DNA of 64,000 bases from an uncultured Armatimonadia bacterium (GTDB taxonomy: Bacteria; Armatimonadota; Zipacnadia; CAVVLO01), in the NCBI GenBank assembly GCA_963749155.1, contig CAVVLO010000002.1:896001-960000 (forward strand), in the 5' to 3' direction. The notes below the pieces were generated by a model. It worked only from the letters and a program-made list of their open reading frames with translations. It was not told the origin of the DNA and made no database searches. Shown here one piece after another: positions 19,453-29,307 of this stretch. Made by a program: the position numbers and the translations under genes. Positions within the stretch are counted from its first letter, which is position 1. Each line of letters starts with the position of its first letter.

Positions 19453-21198
19453 TTAGGCGTACTGACCAGCTGTTGCGACGCGGCGGACTACCTCTTCTGC
19501 CGTTGTCCAGCCCATAATGACCTTGGTCAGGCCATCTTCGCGCAGCAGTGTCATACCATTGGCCCGCGCGGCTTCACGGACGTCACCAAGCGGAGCGCCA
19601 CGGGCGACCAACTCGGCGATCTCCTCGTTCATCTCCATAAGCTCGAAGATGCCTAGACGTCCCTTATACCCAGTATACCGGCATTGCTCACAGCCTACAC
19701 CGTGGTAGAAGGTTGTCTCGCCATGTACCGCGGGATCGTACTGCAGGCCGATAAGCGCCTCATCATGCGGCTCATAGGGCTCTTTGCAGTTGGAGCAGAT
19801 ACGCCGGCCAAGACGCTGAGCCAGTACGCCGATAACCGAAGCGGCGCAAAGGAAGGGCTCAACGCCCATATCAATCAGACGCGTCATAGAGCTTGGCGCA
19901 TCGTTCGTGTGCAGGGTGGAAAGCACCAAGTGACCAGTAAGTGAAGCGTGGATGGCGATGTCCGCCGTTTCCAGGTCTCGAATCTCACCTACCATCATGA
20001 TGTCAGGGTCCTGACGCAGGAAGCTTCTAAGAGCGGTAGCGAAGGTCAGACCAGCCTTTACGTTCACGGCTACCTGGGCGATGCCTGGCAACTGATACTC
20101 GACCGGGTCCTCGATGGTCATTATGTTGACTTCGGTCGTGTTCAGCTTGTTCAGTACCGAATACTGAGTTGTCGTTTTACCGTGACCCGTAGGACCGGTA
20201 GAAAGCACAATGCCGTTTGGCTGATTGGTAAGCCGTTCCAGCCTGGCCAGGGTGTCGGGCAGGAAGCCCAGGCGATCGAGGCCTACCATCGTGTTCGACT
20301 GGTCAAGGATACGCATAACTATCTTCTCGCCCATCGTAGTCGGGACGGAAGAGACGCGGATGTCGTAGGGCTTGCCTTCAGACACGACGTGGATACGGCC
20401 GTCCTGCGGGACGCGGCGCTCAGCGATGTCCATGTCGGACATAATCTTCAGACGCGAGATCAGCGGCGCGTGAACATGCTTGGGCAGGATGACTTCCTCG
20501 TGGAGGATACCGTCTACGCGGTACCTGACGCGCACATTGCGGCGCTGAGGCTCGACGTGGATGTCAGAGGCCTCCTGTGTGACCGCGTTGCGGATCATCA
20601 GGTTGGTGAGTTTGATGATAGGCGCCTGGGCTGCTACGTCAACGTCGCTGCCCTTTACCGACTCGGCGAGCTCGCTGACTGACCGGCCTTCGGCTTCATC
20701 AACCAGCGTCGAGCGTCGCCCCACATCACTGACGATAGAGTCGATCTCACTGGCCGAGGTTTGTCCGTAGACATTTTGGATGATGGCGTCGATGCTGCCT
20801 TCAAGAGCCAGGGCTGGCTCTATCCGGAGCTGGGTCGCCTGGTTGATGGCGTCGACTGCTTCGATGTCGGTTGGATCGACCATCGCGACGAGAAGCGTCC
20901 CATCTTCGTTGCGCCTTACGGGCACGGCTTTATATTTCTCGGCCATATCCCTGGGCATTACGTTGAGGGCCGACTCGTCAGGCTGCGTGGCGTTGAAGTC
21001 AACGTATGAGACGTTGAGCTGCTCGGCCTTTGCTGCCAGCACGTCTGGCGCCGCGACACCGGCCACATCGACCGCAAGTTGCTCCAGTGACATATTGGTG
21101 TCTCTGGAAGCATTGCGTATCTCGATGGCCTGATCTTCGCTGATGCTGCCTTTCTCAATGAGAATCTGAACGATGTCTTTTCTGCGCTGCAGCCGCAT
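19453..21198 (-). CDS. pilB: Type IV pilus assembly ATPase (PilB/GspE)
   Basis: ASDIHVEP, RVPQDGRI, GPTGHGKTT, LRQDPDIMMVGEIRD, tetracysteine CSNC..CEQC; start MRLQRR at 21198 after GGGAG. Confidence 0.95.
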   Translation of the reverse strand: MRLQRRKDIVQILIEKGSISEDQAIEIRNASRDTNMSLEQLAVDVAGVAAPDVLAAKAEQLNVSYVDFNATQPDESALNVMPRDMAEKYKAVPVRRNEDGTLLVAMVDPTDIEAVDAINQATQLRIEPALALEGSIDAIIQNVYGQTSASEIDSIVSDVGRRSTLVDEAEGRSVSELAESVKGSDVDVAAQAPIIKLTNLMIRNAVTQEASDIHVEPQRRNVRVRYRVDGILHEEVILPKHVHAPLISRLKIMSDMDIAERRVPQDGRIHVVSEGKPYDIRVSSVPTTMGEKIVMRILDQSNTMVGLDRLGFLPDTLARLERLTNQPNGIVLSTGPTGHGKTTTQYSVLNKLNTTEVNIMTIEDPVEYQLPGIAQVAVNVKAGLTFATALRSFLRQDPDIMMVGEIRDLETADIAIHASLTGHLVLSTLHTNDAPSSMTRLIDMGVEPFLCAASVIGVLAQRLGRRICSNCKEPYEPHDEALIGLQYDPAVHGETTFYHGVGCEQCRYTGYKGRLGIFELMEMNEEIAELVARGAPLGDVREAARANGMTLLREDGLTKVIMGWTTAEEVVRRVATAGQYA

Positions 21199-21318
21199 AC
21201 TCCCACTCTCCCACGGGGTGTGCCGGTGGCTACCAGCAGGAATCAAACACCCGCAATATACCCCGGATACGAGTGTACCCGGCGTCTCTCAACCAGTGCC
21301 AGCTTACTGAGCCACTTC

Positions 21319-21327
21319 ATTATACCA
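21319..21327 (-). promoter_or_regulatory. Extended -10 promoter element (TGgTATAAT) upstream of pilB
   Basis: Perfect TGnTATAAT in the aroE-pilB intergenic region; no good -35. Confidence 0.5.
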
Positions 21328-21399
21328 AAGCGCGCTGCCAATCGGCCACACTTGGTCAAGCCTCTATTCGCCAAAAGAAACTGACCTCCTGCAAGCTTT

Positions 21400-22275
21400 C
21401 TATATACTCTTGCTTCCTTCAGAAAGAGCCTGCAGCAACGCCTTGCGCATTACGTCCAAGGGGGCGCTCTGGCCAGTCCACAGCTCAAAGCTGCGCGCCC
21501 CTTGAAGCACTAGCATCTCGGTGCCATCCAGTGTCTTGCAGCCTTTCTCCCTGGCCACTTCGAGCAATCTGGTCTGACGTGGACTATAAATCGTATCGTA
21601 CACTAGCTGGCGCCTGTTGAGTACTGTCTCATCAAAAAGTAAAGGAACTTCTGCCTCGGGAGCCATCCCGTGAGAGGTCGCGTTGACCAGCAACTCTGCC
21701 TCGGCGATAGCTGTATCCACCCCTGGCGTGCCAAGCTCTACCGCAACAATCTGAGTGGCGCCGCCGATTCGTTCTGCTATTGTCTTTAATTTTATCGCGC
21801 GCTCATAGGTGCGATTGGCAATCACGACACTTGCGGCCTTTGCCTGCACCAGCGCGACCAGCAGGCTGCGCGCAACGCCTCCGGCCCCAAGCAGCACAGC
21901 CTTCTTGCCGAGTGGATCGAAGCCGACTTCCCCAAGACTCTCACGAAAGCCATATACATCAGTAGAATCCGCTTTGATCCGGCCCTGAATAAAACTTAAC
22001 GTGTTCGCAGCCCCGGCTACCCGTGCCTCTTCGCCCACCTCATCCGCAAGCCCAAGAGCGGCTTCCTTGTGGGGGATGGTCACGTTGAGCCCGCGAAATC
22101 CCAGCGCCATCGCTCCGCGTATTGCCTCGGCCAAACAGTCAGGAGCTACCGCGAAGGGCACATAAACCCAGTCCAGACCAAGCTTCGTGAAAGCCGCATT
22201 ATGCATCGCGGGCGAACAAGTATGGCCAATTGGATGGCCAACAACTCCCACCACTTGAGTTTTACCACTAATCAT
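21400..22275 (-). CDS. aroE: Shikimate dehydrogenase
   Basis: GHPIGHTCSPAMHNAAF, NVTIPHKE, TDVYGF, LGAGGVA, NAT, MLVLQGARSFELWTG. Confidence 0.95.
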   Translation of the reverse strand: MISGKTQVVGVVGHPIGHTCSPAMHNAAFTKLGLDWVYVPFAVAPDCLAEAIRGAMALGFRGLNVTIPHKEAALGLADEVGEEARVAGAANTLSFIQGRIKADSTDVYGFRESLGEVGFDPLGKKAVLLGAGGVARSLLVALVQAKAASVVIANRTYERAIKLKTIAERIGGATQIVAVELGTPGVDTAIAEAELLVNATSHGMAPEAEVPLLFDETVLNRRQLVYDTIYSPRQTRLLEVAREKGCKTLDGTEMLVLQGARSFELWTGQSAPLDVMRKALLQALSEGSKSI

Positions 22276-22845
22276 CCCTGGCGCCCTCCAGGTTTTTCTT
22301 CAGGCCACAAGGTCCACCAGTCGTCCTCGGAAAGCAAGCCCAGACGTCGCTCGATTTTTAAGACGCACCGTTCTATCAGGCGGTCGAATTTCGTGCCGAC
22401 AAATTCGCGGTTGCGGTTGATGGGCCTTAGCAAGACTGTATGCAGCCCTGCCCGGTTGCCGCCCCAGACATCGGTTAGCAACTGGTCCCCAATTGCGACG
22501 GCTTTTTCAGGAGCAACGTCAATTTTTGCACAAGCGCGCCTGAAGCCACGTCTCATTGGTTTTTTCGCTCTGGCGATGAACTCACATCCCAGTTCTCTCG
22601 CTACGGCTTCAACTCTATCAGGATTCTGCGCATTAGAGACCAGACATATTGTGAAACCTTGCTCACTGGCACTTATGCGCCCACTCGCGTACCGGTTCTG
22701 ACAGCTCCAGCGAACGCCATAAAGTCAGCGTATTGTCGAGGTCCAGCAGCAGCGCCTTATACCCAAGCCGGGCCAGCCGCTGGATATCAATCTCCACCAG
22801 AGTTCCGGCTACTTCATCAGGCGTCAGGTTGGCAAGCAGGTTCAT
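22272..22845 (-). CDS. yqeG: YqeG-family HAD IIIA phosphatase (about 190 aa once a +1 frameshift near 22672 is removed)
   Basis: DLDNTL in ORF 22663..22845; VSN, AKKP and IGDQLLTDVWGGNRAG in the +1 frame. Confidence 0.88.
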
Positions 22846-24067
22846 TGGTGCTCCTGGTCACGAGCAGTCCTGGTTCGAATCCGACTGCCAAATCGGTCGT
22901 AATAACTACCTCGGCCAGCGCCACGTTGGCGACGTCCAGCGCCTCGCCCTCGGCGCCAACCAGCCCCTGGATGCGGAAAGTCTGCTCCGGCCCTATGGCA
23001 GGAAGCAGTTGATACTCTCCCCCTGTCTCGAGCTTGTTGCGCACTTCGAGCAGGCAGGAATTCGGACCAAGCCGCTTCAGCACCTTGCCTACCAGCAGGC
23101 GCGACTGAGAATAACCTGTAGATTCGGGCGCCTGCAGGCTTGAAGCCCCTCGTCCTTCGAAAAAGGCTTCGGTGTAAGGCCTGTGACTTGGACGCTCCAG
23201 TTCAGCAGACAGGTCCGAAAAGTCGACCTCGCTCCTGGCCAGCCTGTCGAGAGCCTCTCGATAGGTCTTCGTCACCTGCGCTACATAGTGCAGGCTCTTG
23301 GCCCGGCCCTCCAGCTTGATGGCGGTTACTCCAGCCTCGGTCAGTTCGGGCAGTCGGGTCAGCAGATTAAGGTCGCGAGCGTTGAAAATATACGTGCCGG
23401 CTTCGTCCTCGACTACTGGATAGCTCTCATGCGGGCGCTTGGCCTCAATAACAGTATACTCATAACGGCAGGGCTGCGCGCAATCGCCCTGGTTGGCGCT
23501 ACGGCCTGTAAGAAATTCGCTGAACATACACCGTCCGCTGATGGCCATACACATCGCGCCGTGGACAAAGACCTCTAGCTCGACCCCTACCTCGTTGAAA
23601 GCCTGGATTTCTCCAAGGGATAATTCTCGCGCCAGCACGATACGCTTCACGCCCTGACCTTTCCAGAAGGCAGCCGCCAGCGGATTGGTCACATTGGCCT
23701 GGGTAGAGAGATGCAAAGCGAGGTCAGGCGCGACTTTCCTTGCCATCATCAGCGCGGCTGGGTCCGAGATGATTGCCGCATCGGCGCCTGAGGCTCGCAA
23801 CCAGACTTGCAGCCCCTCGCCTAGATCGGGCAGGTCACCAGGGAAACAGAAGGCGTTCAAGGTCACGTAGACGCGTTTCCCGCGCGAATGCACATAATCT
23901 ACGGCAGTGGCCAAGCCCTCAGGCGTGAAGTTGCCCGCCTGCGCGCGTAAGGACAGGCGCTCTAATCCGAGGTAAACTGCGTCTGCCCCGTAAGCGAGTG
24001 CGGCCTTCAATTTCTCGAAGTCGCCCGCGGGCGCGACCAGCTCGGGCAGCCTCACATCAATCCTCAT
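22817..24067 (-). CDS. U32 family peptidase-like protein (TrhP/YrrO-like tRNA hydroxylation)
   Basis: PELVAPAG, GADAVYLG, HLSTQAN, LARELS, VHGAMCMAISGRC, CAQPCR, KLEGR. Confidence 0.9.
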   Translation of the reverse strand: MRIDVRLPELVAPAGDFEKLKAALAYGADAVYLGLERLSLRAQAGNFTPEGLATAVDYVHSRGKRVYVTLNAFCFPGDLPDLGEGLQVWLRASGADAAIISDPAALMMARKVAPDLALHLSTQANVTNPLAAAFWKGQGVKRIVLARELSLGEIQAFNEVGVELEVFVHGAMCMAISGRCMFSEFLTGRSANQGDCAQPCRYEYTVIEAKRPHESYPVVEDEAGTYIFNARDLNLLTRLPELTEAGVTAIKLEGRAKSLHYVAQVTKTYREALDRLARSEVDFSDLSAELERPSHRPYTEAFFEGRGASSLQAPESTGYSQSRLLVGKVLKRLGPNSCLLEVRNKLETGGEYQLLPAIGPEQTFRIQGLVGAEGEALDVANVALAEVVITTDLAVGFEPGLLVTRSTNEPACQPDA

Positions 24068-25059
24068 TGCGAGCTTTTTTGGTTGCAGCGAGGTGTTCGG
24101 CTATAGCTGCGGCTGAAGTAATGGGTGCCGTTCTTGCGCGCAGTGAAAAAGAGATAATCCGTCCCTGCGGGCGCCAGGGCAGCGATAATTGAGGCTTTGC
24201 CCGGACTGCATATGGGTGAGGGCGGCAGGCCAGGATGCAGGTAAGTATTGTACGGCGACTCGACGCGCGTGTCCTTGTAGCTGAGCACCGTCTTGCGCTC
24301 TGGCAGCACATATTCGACCGTCGCGCACGACTCGAGAGGCATCTTCTTCTTCAGCCTGTTAAGGAAAACGTCTGCCACAACAGAGCGTTCCTCATCGGCT
24401 TTGGCTTCCGACTCGACCAGGCTGGCCAGAATTAGCACTTCGTGCAGTGGGCGCTTGCTCTTGGCAAGCAGCGGAGCGACTTCCGCATCCTTGAGGATGT
24501 CCTTCATCCGACCCAGCATCTTGGTGATGAGCTGCGCCTCATCGAGACCTGGCTCAATCAGATAGGTGTCGGGAAAGAGATAGCCTTCAAGCGTGTCGGC
24601 AGGGGGTGAAGCCAGCTCTTTGAACTGGGCGCGCCCTTTCGTTGCCAGATTAAGAAACCGGTCGGCCTTACCGAGTTGGACTTCCTCAAGTTTGGCTGCG
24701 ATTTTACGCAAGGTATAGCCCTCTGGTACGGTAAAGGGCAGAGCTTCCGTCTCGCCCTTGGTGAGCTTCTCGACAATTGCGCCCAGGCCCATCCCAGGCT
24801 TGAGGTTATATGCGCCGGCCTTCAGCTTGCCCATCGCATTCTTTAGCTTGGCATAACGTGTGAAGGCTCCACCGCTTCGGACAATCCCCTCTTTTTCAAG
24901 CAGCTCGCCTATCTGGGCTGCGCCAGCCCCACTCGGCACTAGCACCAGTTTCGCTGCGCCTTTGGGAGTGGGGAAATAACCAGGCAGCAAAGCGAGTATG
25001 AGTAGCAACACAACGCCCGCGGCGACAGCGCCCATAAGCCAGAACCGTTTAGCTTTCAT
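24057..25059 (-). CDS. mltG: Endolytic transglycosylase MltG (+1 frameshift near 24102 alters the last residues)
   Basis: N-terminal TM segment, LEGYLFPDTY, ASLVESEA, SPYNTYLHPGLPPSPICSPG; the canonical ending YAEHLAA lies in the +1 frame, stopping at 24057. Confidence 0.92.
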
Positions 25060-25489
25060 AATCGGCGTCCTCTCTCCGCTTGCGCCTGTCCAGCCAGGAC
25101 TGCAGTATCAGACTGGCCGCAAGTGCGTCCCGCTGGTGCTTGCGCTTCGAGCGCCGCATATCGGCCGAGAGCAAGGTCTGCTCGGCAAGCGCGGTGGTGA
25201 GCCGTTCATCTTCCAGTTCTACTGGCAAGCCTGTCATGGCAGTCAGTGAATCAGCCAGGGCTCTGGCAGCCTGGGCTGAGTCGCCTTCTTCACCAGAAAA
25301 GTGCAGGGGAAGGCCGACCACAATCAACTCGGCACGGTTGACTCTGGCGATTTCAACCAGCGCATCCAGGCCTGCCTCAGGTGGATCGGCCCCAACATAA
25401 CCGGAACGCGTGGGCATCAGTGCCGATTCATCGGACAAGGCCCACCCGTGGCGAGCCCTGCCGAAATCTACCGCCATCACGCGGCCCAT
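25049..25489 (-). CDS. ruvX: Holliday junction resolvase-like / pre-16S rRNA nuclease (YqgF)
   Basis: MAVDFG, IVVGLP, DERLTT, DALAASLILQSWLD; alaS-ruvX-mltG synteny. Confidence 0.93.
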   Translation of the reverse strand: MGRVMAVDFGRARHGWALSDESALMPTRSGYVGADPPEAGLDALVEIARVNRAELIVVGLPLHFSGEEGDSAQAARALADSLTAMTGLPVELEDERLTTALAEQTLLSADMRRSKRKHQRDALAASLILQSWLDRRKRREDADYES

Positions 25490-28104
25490 TAGCCCTCCAG
25501 CGCCGCGGCGATATAAGCCCTGGCGGCTTCGAAGGCCTCATCCAGCTTGCCTTCGTCTTTGCCACCGGCCTGGGCGAAATCGGGCCTGCCGCCTCCTCCG
25601 CCTCCGCAAGCCTGGGCGGCGCGCTTGGCGATCTCGCCGGCCTTGAGTTTGCCAGTCAGGCCTGGGGTCACCCGCGCGATTAGGACGACTTTGCCAGGCT
25701 CGGGCACCCCAGCCAGCAGCAATACGCCTTCGCCAATCCGGTTGATTAACTGGTCGCTAAGGCTCCGCAGGCTTTCCGCATCGGCGCCCTCGGCTCGCCA
25801 GGCCAGCACTCTCACGCCAGCGATTTCCTGCACCTCGGTCATCGGGTCGGTGCTACCAGCCCCAAGCGCCTGCTGCTTGAGCTTGCGAATTTCTTTATCT
25901 TTGGCCTTAACCTGCTCGAAAAGGCGCTCCACCGCCTGGCCTGCGTTTTCGGTTGGAACGCCCAGACGCCCAGCGACCTCATGCAGCGCCTCGTCCCGCT
26001 GCTCGAAAAGCTGCAGGCTGTTGAGCCCTGTCGTGGCCTCGATGCGGCGCAGGTTGGAACCAATGCCTGTCTCGCTCACGATTTTTATCAGGCCAATATC
26101 GCCAGTGCTGGCGACATGGCAGCCCCCACAAAGCTCAAGTGAAACGCCGGGCACTTCCACTACGCGCACTTTGGCGCCGTATTTTTCACCGAATAGCGCC
26201 ATCGCGCCCCGCTGTTCTGCTTCTTGCCGGTCTGTGACTTCCTTGGAGACAGGTGTATTTGCCAGCACGGCCTGGTTGGCCAGCCGTTCTATCGCGGCGA
26301 GTTCTTCCCGGGTCACCTGCTGGAAATGCGAGAAGTCGAACCGCAGCCGCTGTTCATCTTTATAGGCGCCCGCTTGCCTGGCATGCTCTCCCAGCACCTG
26401 GCGAAGCGCCGCGTGCAGCAAATGGGTTGCGGTATGGTTGCGCTCGATGGCTAGCCGGCGTTCGCGGTCCACCGTGGCTGTGACAGCATCGCCTTCGGCA
26501 ATCGCCCCTGTTTCTACTTTCACAGCGTGGAAAACCAGCTCCCCAGCGCGTTTCTGCGTATCAGTGACTTTCAATCTGGCCTGGGTGCCGGTTAGCCTCC
26601 CAGTATCGCCCACCTGGCCGCCAGATTCGGCGTAGAAGGGGGTCGTGTCCAGCACGACCTCGCCCTCCTGCCCCTCTGAAAGCTTCTCTACCTGCTCTCC
26701 CTCGGCGAACAGGGCAACCACTTTGGCTTCGGCGCAGGTTTCTTCATAGCCGATGAACTCGGTCTTACCGAGCTCGCGCGCCAGGGTCTCATAACGCGCC
26801 TGCAGGTCCAGGTCCTCGTGACCGACGAACCGGCTGCGGGTGCGTTGGGCTTCCATCTCGGCCTTGAAGCCTTCCTCGTCCACCTTGAAGCCGGCCTCTG
26901 CAGCCAGCTCGCGCGTCAGGTCGAGGGGGAAACCATTACTGTCATAAAGCTTGAAGGCCTCGGCGCCCGAGAGCGTCGTCTCCCCTTTGGTTTTCATTGC
27001 GTCCAGTGCCTTGTTAAGCAGCGCCAGGCCATCCTCGAGGGTCTCCTGGAAGCGCGCCTCTTCGCGCGCGATGACTTCGGTTATGGTCTCCTCGGCGCTG
27101 ACCAGCTCGGGATAACCGCCCTTCATCCCTTCTACGACCGCGGGCGCCAGCTTGTGGAGGAACGGCTCCTGGAGCCCCAAGGCCCGGCCGAACCGGTAGG
27201 CCCGCCTGATAAGCCGGCGTAGCAGATAGCCTCGTCCCTCGTTACTGGGCATAACGCCGTCATTGATGAGGAAGGTCGAAGCCCGGGCATGCTCTGCGAT
27301 GACACGTGTCGCGGTGGAAGTCTCCTTGTTGCCGTAAAGCTCTTCCACTTCCGCAAGTGAAGCCAGCCGCGTGATAAGTGGCTTGAAGACATCCAGCTCG
27401 AAGGGATTGTGCACCCCCTGCAGCAATATCCCAGCCCGCTCAAGGCCCATACCTGTATCTATGCCGGGTTTAGGCAGAAGGGTGCGTCCGCCTGCTCCGT
27501 CGTCGTTGTACATTTGAAAGACGACATTCCAGATTTCAAAATACCTGTCATTGTCGCCGCCAGGTTCGCCCTGGCCATATTCGGAGCCCATATCAACATA
27601 AAGCTCGGTGCAGGGGCCGCAAGGGGTGTTGGGCATCCCCAGCCCCCACCAGCTATCCTCGAGCCGAACGATGCGTTCCTGCGGCACCCCGACCCGTTTC
27701 TGCCATATCTCGGCGGCCTCATCATCAGTGGTATGAACGGATATCCAAAGCCGCTCTGGGTCGATACCGAAGCCCTGGGTGATGAACTCCCAGGCCCATT
27801 CGATGGCTTCCTGCTTGAAATAATCGCCGAAAGAAAAATTGCCCAGCATCTCAAAGAAGGAAAGATGCCTCGCTGTAACCCCTACATTCTCCAGGTCGTC
27901 CTGCCTAAGGCACTTCTGGCAAGTCGTGACGCGCGGATATTCAGGTTCGACCTCGCGCTTGAACCAGGGCACAAAAGGCTGCATCCCCGCAGTGGTCAGC
28001 AGGGTTGTAGGGTCTGAGGGTATTAGCGAGGCGCTTGGCAGTAGTTTGTGGCCTTTGCTCTCGAAGAAGCTGAGGTACTGCCTTCGGATCTCATCAATTC
28101 TCAC
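25489..28104 (-). CDS. alaS: Alanine--tRNA ligase
   Basis: AGMQPF, FFEMLGNFSFGDYFK, DTGMGLER, NHTATHLLHAALR, ELCGGCH, GGGGRPDFAQAGG. Confidence 0.98.
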   Translation of the reverse strand: MRIDEIRRQYLSFFESKGHKLLPSASLIPSDPTTLLTTAGMQPFVPWFKREVEPEYPRVTTCQKCLRQDDLENVGVTARHLSFFEMLGNFSFGDYFKQEAIEWAWEFITQGFGIDPERLWISVHTTDDEAAEIWQKRVGVPQERIVRLEDSWWGLGMPNTPCGPCTELYVDMGSEYGQGEPGGDNDRYFEIWNVVFQMYNDDGAGGRTLLPKPGIDTGMGLERAGILLQGVHNPFELDVFKPLITRLASLAEVEELYGNKETSTATRVIAEHARASTFLINDGVMPSNEGRGYLLRRLIRRAYRFGRALGLQEPFLHKLAPAVVEGMKGGYPELVSAEETITEVIAREEARFQETLEDGLALLNKALDAMKTKGETTLSGAEAFKLYDSNGFPLDLTRELAAEAGFKVDEEGFKAEMEAQRTRSRFVGHEDLDLQARYETLARELGKTEFIGYEETCAEAKVVALFAEGEQVEKLSEGQEGEVVLDTTPFYAESGGQVGDTGRLTGTQARLKVTDTQKRAGELVFHAVKVETGAIAEGDAVTATVDRERRLAIERNHTATHLLHAALRQVLGEHARQAGAYKDEQRLRFDFSHFQQVTREELAAIERLANQAVLANTPVSKEVTDRQEAEQRGAMALFGEKYGAKVRVVEVPGVSLELCGGCHVASTGDIGLIKIVSETGIGSNLRRIEATTGLNSLQLFEQRDEALHEVAGRLGVPTENAGQAVERLFEQVKAKDKEIRKLKQQALGAGSTDPMTEVQEIAGVRVLAWRAEGADAESLRSLSDQLINRIGEGVLLLAGVPEPGKVVLIARVTPGLTGKLKAGEIAKRAAQACGGGGGGRPDFAQAGGKDEGKLDEAFEAARAYIAAALEG

Positions 28105-29230
28105 TCGCTTGCTCCTTATCGGGGGAGGCGACTTCTGGGCATATCTCGGCCTCGTCTGCCTCTTTCTCCTGCTTGTAGAAACGCTCTATCGCAACCTTAA
28201 CCGAGGCCACAAGTGGCACTGCCAGCAATACCCCGATGAAACCAAAAGCCGCACCGCCTATCAACACTGCCAGTAGTGAAATCAGCGGGTGCAGACCGAC
28301 CTTCCGCCCGACTATTCTAGGCGCAATCAGATTATCGAAGATGACGTTGATTGCAATCAGCGTCAATACTGTCACTAGCACCGCGGTCAAGGCGTGATGC
28401 TCAGCCGTAAAATATGCCACCGTGCCTGCGACCAGACAGCTGATTGTGATGCCGATAGCAGGGATGAGCTGCGTGATGCCCATCAGCAGGCCACAGACCA
28501 GCGCATACTGGGTGCCATAGAAGCCCCCGATGACAGTTAGCGCGATGGTCGCCAGGATGGCCACCGAGAGCACGACTGTAAATTGGCCGCGTATATAGCG
28601 CCCGATTACGCCATCCACTTCGTGTGCGATGTCAACTACCCGCGGCCGCCAGCGTTTTGGCACCAGCTTCGCCAGGCCACCTTTGACCTTAACGAAATCC
28701 AGCAGCAAGTAGAAAGTGGCCAGCGTCGCCAGCAATACGCCCAGTACTATCGCGCCAACCGAGGCCACCACGGCGCTTGTAGTGTTGGACAGCCACTGGG
28801 GCAACCAGACATTCAGGTTCTCGGTCACTTTTAGTCGCGCGCTCTCGATGATAGGCGGGATCTCTTCACCACTGAAATAGCTCGTGTAGACCTCGGTGAA
28901 CCAGTCCTCGGCTACCTGATAATACTCGGCAAAGCTCTGCACGAGTTGCTGAGTCTCTTTTTGAGCCATCGGTACGATTACCAGGGGCAGGGCAACAAGT
29001 ACCATTATAAATACGAGTCCGAGCAGCAGCACGCCAACCGGACGCTTGATTCCATGGCGTTCCATGGCGCGCACAATCGGATCAAGCAGATATGCGAACG
29101 CAAAGCCTACCAGGATGGGCGCCAGATACATCCTCGCCCACCAAAGGCTCGCGCCAAGAAGCACGAGCAACACCGGACCCAAGACCGCGGCCAGCGTCCA
29201 GAGCAAAATGTTGCGGCCCGTTCTGTTCAT
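28094..29230 (-). CDS. AI-2E family transporter
   Basis: Multi-pass membrane protein; AYLLDP, YIRGQ, PRIVGRKVGLHP, GVLLAVP. Confidence 0.9.
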   Translation of the reverse strand: MNRTGRNILLWTLAAVLGPVLLVLLGASLWWARMYLAPILVGFAFAYLLDPIVRAMERHGIKRPVGVLLLGLVFIMVLVALPLVIVPMAQKETQQLVQSFAEYYQVAEDWFTEVYTSYFSGEEIPPIIESARLKVTENLNVWLPQWLSNTTSAVVASVGAIVLGVLLATLATFYLLLDFVKVKGGLAKLVPKRWRPRVVDIAHEVDGVIGRYIRGQFTVVLSVAILATIALTVIGGFYGTQYALVCGLLMGITQLIPAIGITISCLVAGTVAYFTAEHHALTAVLVTVLTLIAINVIFDNLIAPRIVGRKVGLHPLISLLAVLIGGAAFGFIGVLLAVPLVASVKVAIERFYKQEKEADEAEICPEVASPDKEQASEN

Positions 29231-29307
29231 CCCAGTCTGCCAATAGCCTGTCAGCGCGCCCAGGCCAGGTTAGTATGAGAGAAGCCCCCTGCCTTCGTCA
29301 AGGAAGG

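Noticed and set aside
16015..21198. Type II secretion system interpretation of the pilin cassette
   Set aside because: A bona fide PilT sits between pilB and pilC, and no gspC/D/L/M genes are seen.
21325..21345. Possible sigma54 promoter (TTGGCA..) upstream of pilB
   Set aside because: The -12 GC dinucleotide is missing at the required spacing.
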